This document shows, piece by piece, positions 29,036-39,464 of a DNA stretch of 64,000 bases. Every line of letters begins with the position of its first letter. Within the stretch, counting starts at the first letter, position 1. The position numbers were made by a program, and so were the translations under genes. Under the pieces are notes generated by a model. The model had not been told where the DNA came from. It did no database searches and was given only the letters and a program-made list of their open reading frames with translations. The DNA comes from Leptospira sp. (lineage in GTDB: Bacteria > Spirochaetota > Leptospiria > Leptospirales > Leptospiraceae), in contig JAWXAQ010000033.1 of assembly GCA_034439575.1 (NCBI GenBank), positions 128,001-192,000 on the forward strand, in the 5' to 3' direction.

Positions 29036-29539
29036 ATGGATCAAGAACAATACACTCGAAGCCTTGCCGAAAAGACTCGATCTGAACAAGAATCGGATCT
29101 TGGCGATATTGAGCAGTTCCTCACCTTTACCATAGAGGGTGAATATTTTGGTCTGCAATTGTTACACGTTCATGAAATTTTAAAACCAGTGATGATCACT
29201 CGGATTCCAAATGTCGCAGACTATATTTTAGGTGTGATCAATTTACGTGGTGAGATTATTCCAATTGTCGATTTAAAAAAACGTTTTCATCAATTGGATT
29301 CTGAAATATTACCTATCTCTCGCATAGTTGTTGTTATGTTAAACGAAAAACGCTGTGGTATCTTAGTGGATGAAGTGAAACAAGTTGTAAAAATTCAGAA
29401 AGATTTTATAAGCGATACAGTTGATGATATGTCGCTTAACTATTCCAAGATGGTAGAATCTGTATCTCGTCATGAAGGCCATTTGATTCTAAATTTGGAT
29501 TTCACTCAAATCGTTGATTTTATTGCGGTTGCTAAGTAG
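29036..29539 (+). CDS. cheW: Chemotaxis coupling protein CheW
   Basis: QFLTF, TRIPN, GVINLRGEIIPIVDL and GILVDEV. Confidence 0.95.
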   Translation: MDQEQYTRSLAEKTRSEQESDLGDIEQFLTFTIEGEYFGLQLLHVHEILKPVMITRIPNVADYILGVINLRGEIIPIVDLKKRFHQLDSEILPISRIVVVMLNEKRCGILVDEVKQVVKIQKDFISDTVDDMSLNYSKMVESVSRHEGHLILNLDFTQIVDFIAVAK

Positions 29540-29559
29540 AGAAGGGAAGGGTTAATCAA

Positions 29560-32500
29560 TTGGCTGGAATTTTAGGCGAATACACAGAAGTCTTCTTGGA
29601 AGAATCAGAAGATCAAATTGAAGAACTTAATGCCAACTTACTTAGGTTAGAAAAGGATCATGACAATCCTGAAATTATAAACGACATTTTTCGAGCCGCA
29701 CATTCTTTAAAAAGTTCATCTGCCTTTGTCGGTTTATATAATTTATCCGACCTTTCGCATAAAATGGAAAACCTTCTACAAAAAATCCGAGAAGGTTCGC
29801 TAGAAATTAATGTAACATTAGTTAATTTATTATTTGAATGTTTTGATTTAATCAAAACCGTTATTGAAGGTGTGGCTCATGGGCAAAAGGTAGAAACACC
29901 TTTTAGTGATATGATCCAAAAACTTCACGATTATGAAGTTGATCATCAAGGCGGGGCAAATTCAAAAACTACCGCCAATGCAAATGGAAATCCATCCGCA
30001 AAAAAAGACTCAGCCAGTTTAGAAAGTTCCAATATAAAAAATACCGAATTTACGTTAAGTGATGAAGAGTGGGTTGAAGTAAAAACTCATTTGGCTGAGC
30101 TTTCAAATTCAAAATTATACCAAGTAGAACTGAGCCTTAAAGCAGACACTCCGATGCAAAATCTGCGACTGATGTTGATTTTGCAAGCTGTGAAACAATC
30201 TGGAGTCGTTTTTAAATCTACACCTTCTGAAGAAGCATTGGATGAGGGTAAGGGTGGCACGTCCCTTTCTTTTCTGACGATTACCAATGAAGAAGAATCC
30301 GACCTACATTCACAATGTAACATAGATATGGTGGAAAGTCTTAGCATCACTCATATCGTTCCACCTGTTTCAGAAATGGATGCACTCGATGAACCAAAAA
30401 TAGAAGAGACTCCTAAAAAAGCATTGGGCACAGCATCTGAGTCAAACAAACCTCAAACGGGAAATAACTTTGATAAGGCGGTTTCTGATTCTAAAGTGAT
30501 TATGCGAACCATCAAAGTTTCTTCTGATAAGTTAGATGAATTGATGAACAATGTTGGTGAACTCGTAATTACAAATTCAGGTTTTCAAAAAATATATGAC
30601 GATTTAGTTTCTCAGTTTGGTGAAGATTCTCTTTTTAATGAACTGAAAGGAAAAATTGATCAAATCAATAGAATTTCCAAAGACTTACAAACGGGAATCA
30701 TGAACATACGCATGGTTCCAATCGGATCAGTCTTTAATAGATTTACACGCCTTGTCAGAGATCTTTCCCTCGAAACCGGAAAACAAGTGAACTTAGTGTT
30801 ACGCGGTGAAAACACAGAACTAGATAAGAAAGTGATAGATGCAATTGGTGAACCTTTAATTCATTTGATCCGAAATTCAGTTGATCATGGAATCGAAGGG
30901 CCTAGCGAACGTAAGGCGGCCGGGAAAAGTGAAGAAGGTATTGTCGAGCTAAATGCATACCAAGGTGGTTCAAATATCATGGTGGAAATCCGTGATGATG
31001 GACGAGGATTAAATAAAAGTAAAATCCTAAAAAAAGCCATCGAACGTGGCTTAGTGACAGAAACCGATGCTTTAAATTTAAGCGAATCAGATATTTATAA
31101 TTTTATTTTTGCACCTGGATTTTCCACAGCGGATAAAATTTCCGACATCTCAGGAAGAGGTGTCGGGATGAATGTTGTCAACAAACTCATTGAAGAGTTT
31201 AAAGGAAAAATTCTGATTCAATCAGAAGACGGTAAAGGTTCTTCTTTCACACTTTCCTTTCCACAGGCATTAGCCATTATACCATCCATACTTGTTACCA
31301 TGGAAGAGGAAGTATATGCATTCCCACTCTCAGAAGTATCTGAAACGATCAAGGTGAATGTAGATCAAATCACAACTCTAGAAGGGCATGAAATTATAAA
31401 CCTACGTGGTGAAGTATTACCAATTTACCGTCTCAATCGTATTCTTGGCTTAGCCGACAAATCAGAAATCGAAGAAGTACCTGTAATCATAGTAAATTAT
31501 AAATCACGAAAGCTCGGATTTATCGTAGATGACTTGATTGGAAAACATGAAACGGTTATTAAATCGCTCGGTAAAAATTTCAAAGATGTACAGGGTTTAA
31601 CTGGCGCTACGATAATGGGTGATGGTACCATTATATTGGTATTGGACATCACTGGTTTAATTGAGATGGCAGCAGATAATTTGAGTTTTGCGGAAAACTC
31701 TATCACGGGTCAACAAATGAAGAGAACATCTTCGATCCGTTCTTTGGAAATGACAGATTCAGATTTGATTTTTAAGTCAACGCTTCCTACAAATGCATAC
31801 AATACGAAGTTACTTGAGATTCGTTCCAAAGAAAAAACTAAATTAAAGAAAGATCGAAATAAAATTGAACACCATGTGATTGTCCCGAAAGAAGAGGTAT
31901 TCGTAGAGGAAGTTACATCTAACTTAAAAATGAATTCCGATATTGTGTCCGCAACGAATGGGAATGGTCATTCTTATGATACTTCTTCGATAATTGAAGT
32001 TCCAACTTCCCCTAAACTTCCAGATAAAATTGATCTTGAAGTGAAGCGATTAGAAGAGCGATCAAAAATTGATACTACATCTGAAAGTGAAAGGCAACAA
32101 GCGGCAGATATCATAAAGGGATTTGTTGAACAAAAAGAAGATCGATTGTCTCATATTTTACCCACTCAATCAAATGATATTTCTGAATTAATGTCCACTA
32201 AAGACATTAAAAAATTAGAAAATATTGTAAATACAGGTATGATGAACGCTGGTGTCGTACTTTCTCAGTTAGTCGGTAAAGAAGTGGAACTCTTTATTCC
32301 TGAAATTAAATTAACTGATAGAGAAGGATTGGCAAAAGAATTTCGTTTTTCCAATGATGAATTTTTCGGTGTTAAAATTCGTATGAATGGAGATCTTAAC
32401 GGCAATTTACTTATGATGTTTTCTGAAGAGAATGGTTCTGAAATTGCGAAAGAACTTCTGGGTTCTGAGGACGCCAAACACGGATCAAACGGAAATCGGC

Positions 32501-32778
32501 TTTCCGATGATATGGTTTCGGTACTTTCCGAAATCTCAAATATTGTTTGTTCTAGTGTTATGAATTCTCTATCTAATAAAATGAAAAAAGAAATACTCCC
32601 TTCAGTTCCTGAAATGATTACAGGTAGTTTTCTTGATGTGATAGACATAGTTAAGCCGGAGCGGACAAAATTTCTATCTATGCATACAGAGTTTAATCAT
32701 CAAGGAAGTAATTTACTTGGCGTATTGCTCTTTTTGCCCGACTTTGATGAGTTAGTTGGTCTGATCCAAAAATCATGA
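29560..32778 (+). CDS. cheA: Chemotaxis histidine kinase CheA with extra C-terminal CheC-like domain
   Basis: HPt IFRAAHSLKS, dimerisation LDELMNNVGEL, HLIRNSVDHG, DDGRG, GFST, GRGVGM and CheW domain, then a linker and ~190 aa CheC-like tail (SEISNIV, LPSVPEM). Confidence 0.95.
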   Translation: MAGILGEYTEVFLEESEDQIEELNANLLRLEKDHDNPEIINDIFRAAHSLKSSSAFVGLYNLSDLSHKMENLLQKIREGSLEINVTLVNLLFECFDLIKTVIEGVAHGQKVETPFSDMIQKLHDYEVDHQGGANSKTTANANGNPSAKKDSASLESSNIKNTEFTLSDEEWVEVKTHLAELSNSKLYQVELSLKADTPMQNLRLMLILQAVKQSGVVFKSTPSEEALDEGKGGTSLSFLTITNEEESDLHSQCNIDMVESLSITHIVPPVSEMDALDEPKIEETPKKALGTASESNKPQTGNNFDKAVSDSKVIMRTIKVSSDKLDELMNNVGELVITNSGFQKIYDDLVSQFGEDSLFNELKGKIDQINRISKDLQTGIMNIRMVPIGSVFNRFTRLVRDLSLETGKQVNLVLRGENTELDKKVIDAIGEPLIHLIRNSVDHGIEGPSERKAAGKSEEGIVELNAYQGGSNIMVEIRDDGRGLNKSKILKKAIERGLVTETDALNLSESDIYNFIFAPGFSTADKISDISGRGVGMNVVNKLIEEFKGKILIQSEDGKGSSFTLSFPQALAIIPSILVTMEEEVYAFPLSEVSETIKVNVDQITTLEGHEIINLRGEVLPIYRLNRILGLADKSEIEEVPVIIVNYKSRKLGFIVDDLIGKHETVIKSLGKNFKDVQGLTGATIMGDGTIILVLDITGLIEMAADNLSFAENSITGQQMKRTSSIRSLEMTDSDLIFKSTLPTNAYNTKLLEIRSKEKTKLKKDRNKIEHHVIVPKEEVFVEEVTSNLKMNSDIVSATNGNGHSYDTSSIIEVPTSPKLPDKIDLEVKRLEERSKIDTTSESERQQAADIIKGFVEQKEDRLSHILPTQSNDISELMSTKDIKKLENIVNTGMMNAGVVLSQLVGKEVELFIPEIKLTDREGLAKEFRFSNDEFFGVKIRMNGDLNGNLLMMFSEENGSEIAKELLGSEDAKHGSNGNRLSDDMVSVLSEISNIVCSSVMNSLSNKMKKEILPSVPEMITGSFLDVIDIVKPERTKFLSMHTEFNHQGSNLLGVLLFLPDFDELVGLIQKS

Positions 32779-33854
32779 TCGGAAAACCAAAAATTATTAT
32801 CATCGATGATTCTTTGTTAGTGAGAAACATTCTGAGTGATGTTTTAGAAAAGAAAGCTGGCTTTGAAGTAATTGCTACCGGTAAAACGGGTCTTGATGGT
32901 GTTGAACTTGCCGAAAAACTAAAACCTGATTTTATCATACTTGATATCGAAATGCCCGTCATGGATGGCTTGACTGCTCTCGCTGAAATCAAAAAAAGAA
33001 AATTAAATTCTGCTGTAATTATGTTATCGGTTCTAACCCAGCATGGTGCAGATGCAACTTTCAAAGCTCTTGAGTTAGGTGCTATAGATTTCGTATCAAA
33101 ACCTTCATCTGGAAACCAATTTTCTCCTGATCAAATTGCAGATGTCATTTCGCAAAAAATTCGAGGCTTTCTCGATTCTAGAAGTAACCCTAGGATTTTC
33201 GGGCATCCCCAGGCTAGCACAGTCACTTCGCTTAGAGAAATTCCAAATAAAAGTTTTCAAAAACAGGACTCGATAAACGCTATTGCAATAGGCACTTCCA
33301 CGGGAGGGCCGAAAGCGCTTCAAACCTTATTTAGTGCTTTTCCAAATGACTTTTTACGTCCTATCCTTGTTGTGCAGCATATGCCCCCAGGATTTACAAA
33401 GGCATTTGCGGATCGGCTCAATTCTTTAAGTAAAGTAAAGGTAAAAGAAGCAGAACAAGGTGACATCATTGAGCCTGGAAATGCATACATTGCCCCTGGT
33501 GATTTCCAAATGCGCGTTGTAGCAAAAAATGGTTATAAAATGATAGATTTGCAACAGTCACAAACTGTAAACGGACACAGGCCATCGATTGAAGTTTTAT
33601 TTGATTCAATGGCAGAAGTATATGGCCCGAACCACCTACTTTCTGTTATAATGACAGGCATGGGTCGAGATGGTGCGCAATCGATTACTAATATTCATAG
33701 TAAGGGTGGTATCACACTTGCACAAGATGAACCCAGTTCGGTTGTATATGGTATGAATCGAGCTGCTGTAGAAATGGGGGGGATAGATCATATCCTTCCA
33801 GTTGAAGAAATTGTACCGAAGATGATTGAGTTATTAAGAGCGAGAGGAAATTAA
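32775..33854 (+). CDS. cheB: Chemotaxis methylesterase CheB
   Basis: Receiver domain (IIDDS, LDIEMP) plus GTSTGGP, VQHMP, HRPSIEVLF and MTGMGRDG. Confidence 0.96.
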   Translation: MIGKPKIIIIDDSLLVRNILSDVLEKKAGFEVIATGKTGLDGVELAEKLKPDFIILDIEMPVMDGLTALAEIKKRKLNSAVIMLSVLTQHGADATFKALELGAIDFVSKPSSGNQFSPDQIADVISQKIRGFLDSRSNPRIFGHPQASTVTSLREIPNKSFQKQDSINAIAIGTSTGGPKALQTLFSAFPNDFLRPILVVQHMPPGFTKAFADRLNSLSKVKVKEAEQGDIIEPGNAYIAPGDFQMRVVAKNGYKMIDLQQSQTVNGHRPSIEVLFDSMAEVYGPNHLLSVIMTGMGRDGAQSITNIHSKGGITLAQDEPSSVVYGMNRAAVEMGGIDHILPVEEIVPKMIELLRARGN

Positions 33855-33855
33855 A

Positions 33856-34218
33856 ATGGCAAGAATATTAGTTGTTGATGATGCAAAGTTTATGAGAACA
33901 CTCGTGAAAGACGCATTAGTTGGGGCAGGACACGAAATTGTAGGTGAAGCTGAAAATGGCAATATTGCTATTGAACAGTATAAAGCCTTAAAACCTGATT
34001 TAGTCACTATGGATATCACTATGAGAGAGAAAGATGGTATCGAAGCGACTAAGGAAATTATAAAATTTGATGCTTCTGCAAAAATCATTATGGTGACGGC
34101 ACTCGGGCAAGAAGACTTATTAGCAAAAGCTATCAAAATGGGAGTTAAGGATTTTGTAGTAAAACCTTTTCCTCCAGAAAGATTGCAACAAGCGGCCGCT
34201 AAAGCTTTAGGTATCTAG
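33856..34218 (+). CDS. cheY: Chemotaxis response regulator CheY
   Basis: Single receiver domain (VVDDAKFMR, DLVTMDITM, FVVKPF) in the che cluster. Confidence 0.92.
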   Translation: MARILVVDDAKFMRTLVKDALVGAGHEIVGEAENGNIAIEQYKALKPDLVTMDITMREKDGIEATKEIIKFDASAKIIMVTALGQEDLLAKAIKMGVKDFVVKPFPPERLQQAAAKALGI

Positions 34219-34219
34219 A

Positions 34220-34960
34220 TTGAGTCAGACCCCGGAATTTGTCGTCCGGTGGAATAACCAGGACGGAGGACTGACCGAAGGACCTATAAGTGTTCTTTGG
34301 AGTCTGATTGATAGTTATAAAGTAGATATTTTTGAAGTCTCCCTCGCTCGCATAACTTCAGACTTCATTCAATTTTTACGAACAACACAATCACTTTCTA
34401 TAGAACTGACATCTGAATTTGCCGTAATGGCATCTCACTTAGTGTATTTAAAATCAAAAGCTTTGTTACCAGATCCTGGTTTTGAAGAAGAGGACTATGA
34501 TCCTCCTTTGCCTAAGGAATTGGTTGATAAACTTTTAGAACATAAAAAATTTCAAATCGCCGGGCAAAAGTTAGCCGAACTTGATCGCATTACATCTGGT
34601 ATGTTTACTCGTGAAACCAATCAGGTCCTGGAAGAAGAAGAAACTTGGCTTGATGTAAGTTTAGTAGACTTGATTTCTGCTTTTAATTCTATTCTAGAAA
34701 AAGAATCTGAAAATATAGAAGAACCTCCAATATATGAGGGGCATCAGCAATATTCAGTTGAAGATAAAATGGAATATTTGCAAAGTTTACTAGATACGAA
34801 AGGTGAAATTCACTTTTTAGATATATTTACCGTTCCAAATCCTGATAAAAAAGAAGTTGTCGCAGGCTTTCTCGCTGTATTAGAAACAGTTAAAATTCGA
34901 ATTTGCAAGGTAGTCCAACATAAGGTGTTTGGCGAAATAAAAATAGTAAAGGTTGCTTAG
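34220..34960 (+). CDS. scpA: Segregation and condensation protein A
   Basis: EGPISVLWSLI, EFAVMASHLVYLKSKALLP and FLAVLE; TTG start. Confidence 0.92.
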   Translation: MSQTPEFVVRWNNQDGGLTEGPISVLWSLIDSYKVDIFEVSLARITSDFIQFLRTTQSLSIELTSEFAVMASHLVYLKSKALLPDPGFEEEDYDPPLPKELVDKLLEHKKFQIAGQKLAELDRITSGMFTRETNQVLEEEETWLDVSLVDLISAFNSILEKESENIEEPPIYEGHQQYSVEDKMEYLQSLLDTKGEIHFLDIFTVPNPDKKEVVAGFLAVLETVKIRICKVVQHKVFGEIKIVKVA

Positions 34961-34963
34961 ATT

Positions 34964-35683
34964 TTGGAAGATCGCAAATACATTCGAGGATTACTCGAGG
35001 CACTATTGTTTTTGTCTTCGTCTCCGATTAAACTTTCCGCATTAGCAAAGTCATGCGGTATTGAGAAAACAGAAGCAAGAGAATTATTAGATGAATTGAT
35101 ATTGGATTATGAAGAGAAGGAAGGCGGATTTCATCTTCGAGAAATCGCTGGCGGTTATCAATTTATCACAAGTCAAATTTATAGTGAAGCCTTATCAAAT
35201 ATATTCAAAGATAAAAAAAGAGAAACTCTCTCACGGGGAACACTCGATACTTTAGCTATTTTGGCTTACAAACAACCTATCACTTTGAATGAGTTAGACG
35301 AAATACGCGGTGTATCTTCAAGGGCTATGGTCGCATCCTTGATGTCAAAAAAATTAGTTAAGGCTGTAGGCCAAAAAGAAGTTCCTGGTAGACCCACTTT
35401 ATATGGAACTACAAATGATTTTTTATTGCACTTTGGATTAAGTAAACTTTCAGATTTGCCTACACCTGTGGAAGTGAAGGAATTAAAATTCGAAGAATTT
35501 TCCAGCGATTCTATTGAGATATCAGAAGATGGTGATGGATTAAATCCAGACTTTGACCAGACCACATTACCTGAAGAATTACAGATGAGTGAAGTTCAAA
35601 GGCCAGATAGTTCCGAATTTGAGAATCATCCAGATTCTGTTCCTTCGGAATCACAAAACTTTGAAACAGAAGATCAAGTATGA
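34964..35683 (+). CDS. scpB: SMC-Scp complex subunit ScpB
   Basis: LEALLF, GGYQF, TLAILAYKQPIT, IRGV and PGRPTLYGTT...FGL...LP; acidic C-terminal tail. Confidence 0.94.
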   Translation: MEDRKYIRGLLEALLFLSSSPIKLSALAKSCGIEKTEARELLDELILDYEEKEGGFHLREIAGGYQFITSQIYSEALSNIFKDKKRETLSRGTLDTLAILAYKQPITLNELDEIRGVSSRAMVASLMSKKLVKAVGQKEVPGRPTLYGTTNDFLLHFGLSKLSDLPTPVEVKELKFEEFSSDSIEISEDGDGLNPDFDQTTLPEELQMSEVQRPDSSEFENHPDSVPSESQNFETEDQV

Positions 35684-36768
35684 GTTCACCTGAAATTGAA
35701 TTAAATAAACTACGGTCAGAAATAGATGCACTAGACGAACAAATTATAAGTTTGATACAAAAACGTGCTGAATTTGCGCAACAAATTGGGCATGTAAAAA
35801 AAAATTCAAATGAACCAATATATAGACCAGATCGTGAAAGAGACGTATATGATAAGGTTTCAAAAAAATCGAATGGTCCACTTCCAGCGAGCGTTATACG
35901 AGCCATATATCGTGAGATGATGTCTGGTACAATTGCCCTTGAACATCCGTTAAAGGTAGGGTATCTTGGCCCAGAAGGTTCTTTTTCATACGAAGCTCTT
36001 AGAAATAAATTTGGTTCTTCTATTGATTCAATTCCCATGCCTACAATTCCAGATGTATTCCGTGCAGTTGATTCTGGACAAATCGAATATGGAATCGTTC
36101 CTGTGGAAAATTCTACTGAAGGTCAGGTAAGCTCCACCTTAGATATGTTACTTGAGACCAAAGTAGTTATATATTCTGAATTTTATAAAAAGATACAGTT
36201 TTCATTATTAGGTTTTGATATTGATCTAGGAAATATACATAAGTTATATGGTATACGTATTGCCAATGAACAATGTAGAAATTGGATATCGGCAAATTTA
36301 TCTCATGCAGAAATCATTGAAACTTCATCCACAGCTATGGCCGCCAAAATGGTCGCAGAGTTAAAAGAAGGAGCTGCTATCGCTTCTAAAATTGCAGCGG
36401 ATATTTATGGGCTAAGCATTTTACGGGAAGGAATCGAAGATTTTTCAGGAAACACAACACGTTTTTTAGTTATAGGCAAAACTGAATGTCCGCCAACAGG
36501 AAAAGATAAAACATCTTTAGTTATCTCTCTTCCTAATAAAACTGGTTCTCTTTTTTCAGTCTTACAAAAGTTTAATGAACATTCTTTAAACTTACTTAAA
36601 ATAGAATCGAGACCATTGAAAAAAAACCGATGGGAATACAATTTCTTTATTGATTTTGTCGGTCATAAACAAGATCTAAAAATAAAACAGATATTAGACG
36701 AAATTAAAGTCCATTGTATTGGATTTGATGTCCTCGGTTCGTATCCCTTAGCTGATGAAAATCAATGA
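35680..36768 (+). CDS. pheA: Chorismate mutase / prephenate dehydratase (P-protein)
   Basis: LRSEIDALD, YRPDRE, YLGPEGSFS, PVENSTEG, NTTRF and IESRP. Confidence 0.95.
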   Translation: MSSPEIELNKLRSEIDALDEQIISLIQKRAEFAQQIGHVKKNSNEPIYRPDRERDVYDKVSKKSNGPLPASVIRAIYREMMSGTIALEHPLKVGYLGPEGSFSYEALRNKFGSSIDSIPMPTIPDVFRAVDSGQIEYGIVPVENSTEGQVSSTLDMLLETKVVIYSEFYKKIQFSLLGFDIDLGNIHKLYGIRIANEQCRNWISANLSHAEIIETSSTAMAAKMVAELKEGAAIASKIAADIYGLSILREGIEDFSGNTTRFLVIGKTECPPTGKDKTSLVISLPNKTGSLFSVLQKFNEHSLNLLKIESRPLKKNRWEYNFFIDFVGHKQDLKIKQILDEIKVHCIGFDVLGSYPLADENQ

Positions 36769-37661
36769 AGTCTCTTGATCATATTCTCATTTTCGGTATG
36801 GGCCTTATGGGTGGCTCTCTATCTCTAGCGATTAAAAAAAAATATCCTGATGTTAAAGTCACAGGCATTGTTCGTTCAGAAAAATCTAAAATTGAAATTA
36901 TTGAAAGTCGTATCGCAGATGAAGCGATACTGGAATCAGATTTTTTACTTAAGGCAAATTGGGGAGATTATGATTTTATAATATTTGCAACACCTGTACA
37001 AACAGTTGTGAATTATATTCCAAAGTTAAAAAATTTTAAAGACTTATATATAACAGATCTAGGATCTACGAAAAAATCTATCATTGATGAAGTGAATCTT
37101 CAATTTAATGAAGATCATAATTATATTTCTTCTCATCCTATGTGCGGTTCCGAATTTTCAGGACCAAGTGCCGCAAAGCATGATTTATATGAAAATAAAC
37201 TATGTATTGTTACGCGAGCTGAAAAATCTTCTTTAGAAGCTTCTGATTTTGTCAGAAATTTTTGGGATAAGATAGGTTCCTGGACCATGGAAATGGATGC
37301 ATCTGAACATGATGAGATATTATCGTATCTTTCCCATCTTCCACATATAATTTCAACGATACTAGTTGAAACAGCTATACAAAACAAAACTGTGAAAAAA
37401 ATTGTTTCTGCATCAGAAAAGGCGATCACTGGTGGTGGATTTCGAGATATGTCTCGCATTGCCGGTTCAAATTATGAAATGTGGGAATCTATTTTTACAG
37501 CTAATAAATCGTTTATTCATCGTTCGCTGATTGAGTTCAAAACACAAATAGAACAGATAATAAATGAATTTGATCCAAAAAAGGAAATAGATCGAGAAAA
37601 ATTACATCAATTGTGGAATGATGCCTTGAAAGCAAAGGAAATCATCCAAAAAACGAAATGA
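36765..37661 (+). CDS. tyrA: Prephenate dehydrogenase
   Basis: GMGLMGGS, TDLGSTK, HPMCGSE, HDEILSYLSHLPH and GFRDMSRIA. Confidence 0.93.
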   Translation: MKSLDHILIFGMGLMGGSLSLAIKKKYPDVKVTGIVRSEKSKIEIIESRIADEAILESDFLLKANWGDYDFIIFATPVQTVVNYIPKLKNFKDLYITDLGSTKKSIIDEVNLQFNEDHNYISSHPMCGSEFSGPSAAKHDLYENKLCIVTRAEKSSLEASDFVRNFWDKIGSWTMEMDASEHDEILSYLSHLPHIISTILVETAIQNKTVKKIVSASEKAITGGGFRDMSRIAGSNYEMWESIFTANKSFIHRSLIEFKTQIEQIINEFDPKKEIDREKLHQLWNDALKAKEIIQKTK

Positions 37662-38815
37662 AATTTGTAAAAAATTTATCAAAATTTTCTGGATGTAAGG
37701 CTGGAATTTTAACAAACCAAAGTGCATTTGGATTTGAAGGTTCTTATCATTTTGATGTTTATAAAAAATTTGTTGATTTGAAAGTATTATTTCTCCCAGA
37801 ACATGGTTTATTCGCAGAATTACAAGACCAAGTAAGTGGATCAGAATTAAGTTATCTGTTTGGTGATACTCGCATCGTAAATTTATACGGTGATACAGAA
37901 GAAAGTTTATCACCCAGTGCAGATACATTAAAAGAATTGGATATCATCATTATAGATATCCGAGATGTCGGATCGAGATATTATACTTTTTTGACTACCG
38001 CCTATTATATATTGGAAGCAGTGTCAAAATTAAAAAAGAATTATGCACGAGCACCACTTGTGGTAGTGATTGATTCACCAAATCCAATAGGCGAAACAGT
38101 CGAAGGAACAAGACTTCAATCTCAATATGAATCTTTTGTCGGCGTACGTTCTGTATTGCACAGACATGGATTGACCCCTGGCGGATTACTTAATTATTAC
38201 AATAACGAGTTTGAACTTAAATTGGATATAGCACTTGTTCCAGTAGGTGTATATCATTCAAAGAATTTTAATGCTTTCCAATGGGTTCCCCCTTCACCAA
38301 ATATTCCATCACAAAATACATGTTATGTCTATCCTGGTCAATGTTTATTAGAAGGAACTAATCTTTCAGAAGGAAGGGGTACTACAAAACCTTTTGAGAC
38401 TTTTGGCGCACCTTACCTTAAGGGAGATGCAAAAATTGAATTGGACAAAAGATTATTTAAACACCAGTCAAAATCTATGACTTTAAGACAGCTAAGATTT
38501 TTACCTACATTTCACAAATACAAAGATCAAATTTGTGAAGGTTATCAATTAATCATAGATAAACCAAAAAAGTTTCATTCTCTTTATTTCACTTTGTTTT
38601 TTTTGAAAAATGTTTTGGATTTATTTCCAGAACATTTTGAATTTTTAAAAGGTGTATATGAATTTCGATCTGACAGGCCAGCCATAGAACTTCTTATAGG
38701 GGATAGTTGTCTTTTGGACTATTTACATGGGAAAATATCCGATGTGGTGATCTGGGAATATTTGCAAGAACAAGAAAAATCCTGGTTTTCTCTAGTAAAA
38801 GAATTCAGATATTAG
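37658..38815 (+). CDS. DUF1343 / NamZ-like exo-beta-N-acetylmuramidase family protein
   Basis: LTNQS, PEHG, NLYG, DIRDVGSRYYT, WVPPSPNIP and EGTNLSEGRGTTKPFE. Confidence 0.88.
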   Translation: MKFVKNLSKFSGCKAGILTNQSAFGFEGSYHFDVYKKFVDLKVLFLPEHGLFAELQDQVSGSELSYLFGDTRIVNLYGDTEESLSPSADTLKELDIIIIDIRDVGSRYYTFLTTAYYILEAVSKLKKNYARAPLVVVIDSPNPIGETVEGTRLQSQYESFVGVRSVLHRHGLTPGGLLNYYNNEFELKLDIALVPVGVYHSKNFNAFQWVPPSPNIPSQNTCYVYPGQCLLEGTNLSEGRGTTKPFETFGAPYLKGDAKIELDKRLFKHQSKSMTLRQLRFLPTFHKYKDQICEGYQLIIDKPKKFHSLYFTLFFLKNVLDLFPEHFEFLKGVYEFRSDRPAIELLIGDSCLLDYLHGKISDVVIWEYLQEQEKSWFSLVKEFRY

Positions 38816-38861
38816 ATTTTTTTTTAGCGAAATAGACTTGATACAACTCTAAGTATTAGAT

Positions 38862-39464
38862 ATGAAGATCTCTATGACTCAAATCATTCGAAGAATTTCC
38901 CTAGCGTTCATTCTGTTTGCACTTGTTAGCAATTGCGGCTATAACCGTATCCAAGAATTGGATGAAGAGGTTACCGCATCATGGGCTGAAGTGTTGAATC
39001 AATACAAACGAAGAGACGATTTGGTGCCAAACTTGGTAGCAGCGACTAAGGGTTTTGCTAAACAAGAAAAAGAAATCATGCAAGGAATTGCTGATGCTCG
39101 TTCCAAACTCGGTTCAATCCAAGCAACCCCAGAATTATTAAGAGACCCAGAAGCCTTTAAAAAATTTACACAAGCACAAGGTGAGTTAGGTTCTTTTCTC
39201 GGAAGGTTGATGTCGATTCAAGAAAATTATCCTGAGTTAAAATCAAGCCAGCTTTTTTCAGATCTAACAGCACAGTTGGAAGGCACAGAAAATCGTATAA
39301 CAGTAGCTAGAAACAGATTTATCAAAGCTACCAAAGATTATAATATTTTTATACGTCAATTTCCTCAAGTGTTGACTGCCAAGGCTTTTGGTTATGATTC
39401 TAAACCAACCTTTACAGTTGAAGATGAGAAAAAAATCGAAAATGCACCTAAAATAGAATTCTAA
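38862..39464 (+). CDS. lemA: LemA family lipoprotein
   Basis: Lipobox VSNC followed by GYN, QYKRRDDLVPNLV, ENYPELKS and LEGTENRITVAR. Confidence 0.93.
   Translation: MKISMTQIIRRISLAFILFALVSNCGYNRIQELDEEVTASWAEVLNQYKRRDDLVPNLVAATKGFAKQEKEIMQGIADARSKLGSIQATPELLRDPEAFKKFTQAQGELGSFLGRLMSIQENYPELKSSQLFSDLTAQLEGTENRITVARNRFIKATKDYNIFIRQFPQVLTAKAFGYDSKPTFTVEDEKKIENAPKIEF

Noticed and set aside
35266-36038. Antisense ORFs of 99 and 175 aa over scpB/pheA, and the similar short ORFs throughout the track
   Set aside because: They are contained in or opposite well-supported genes and show no recognisable motifs.
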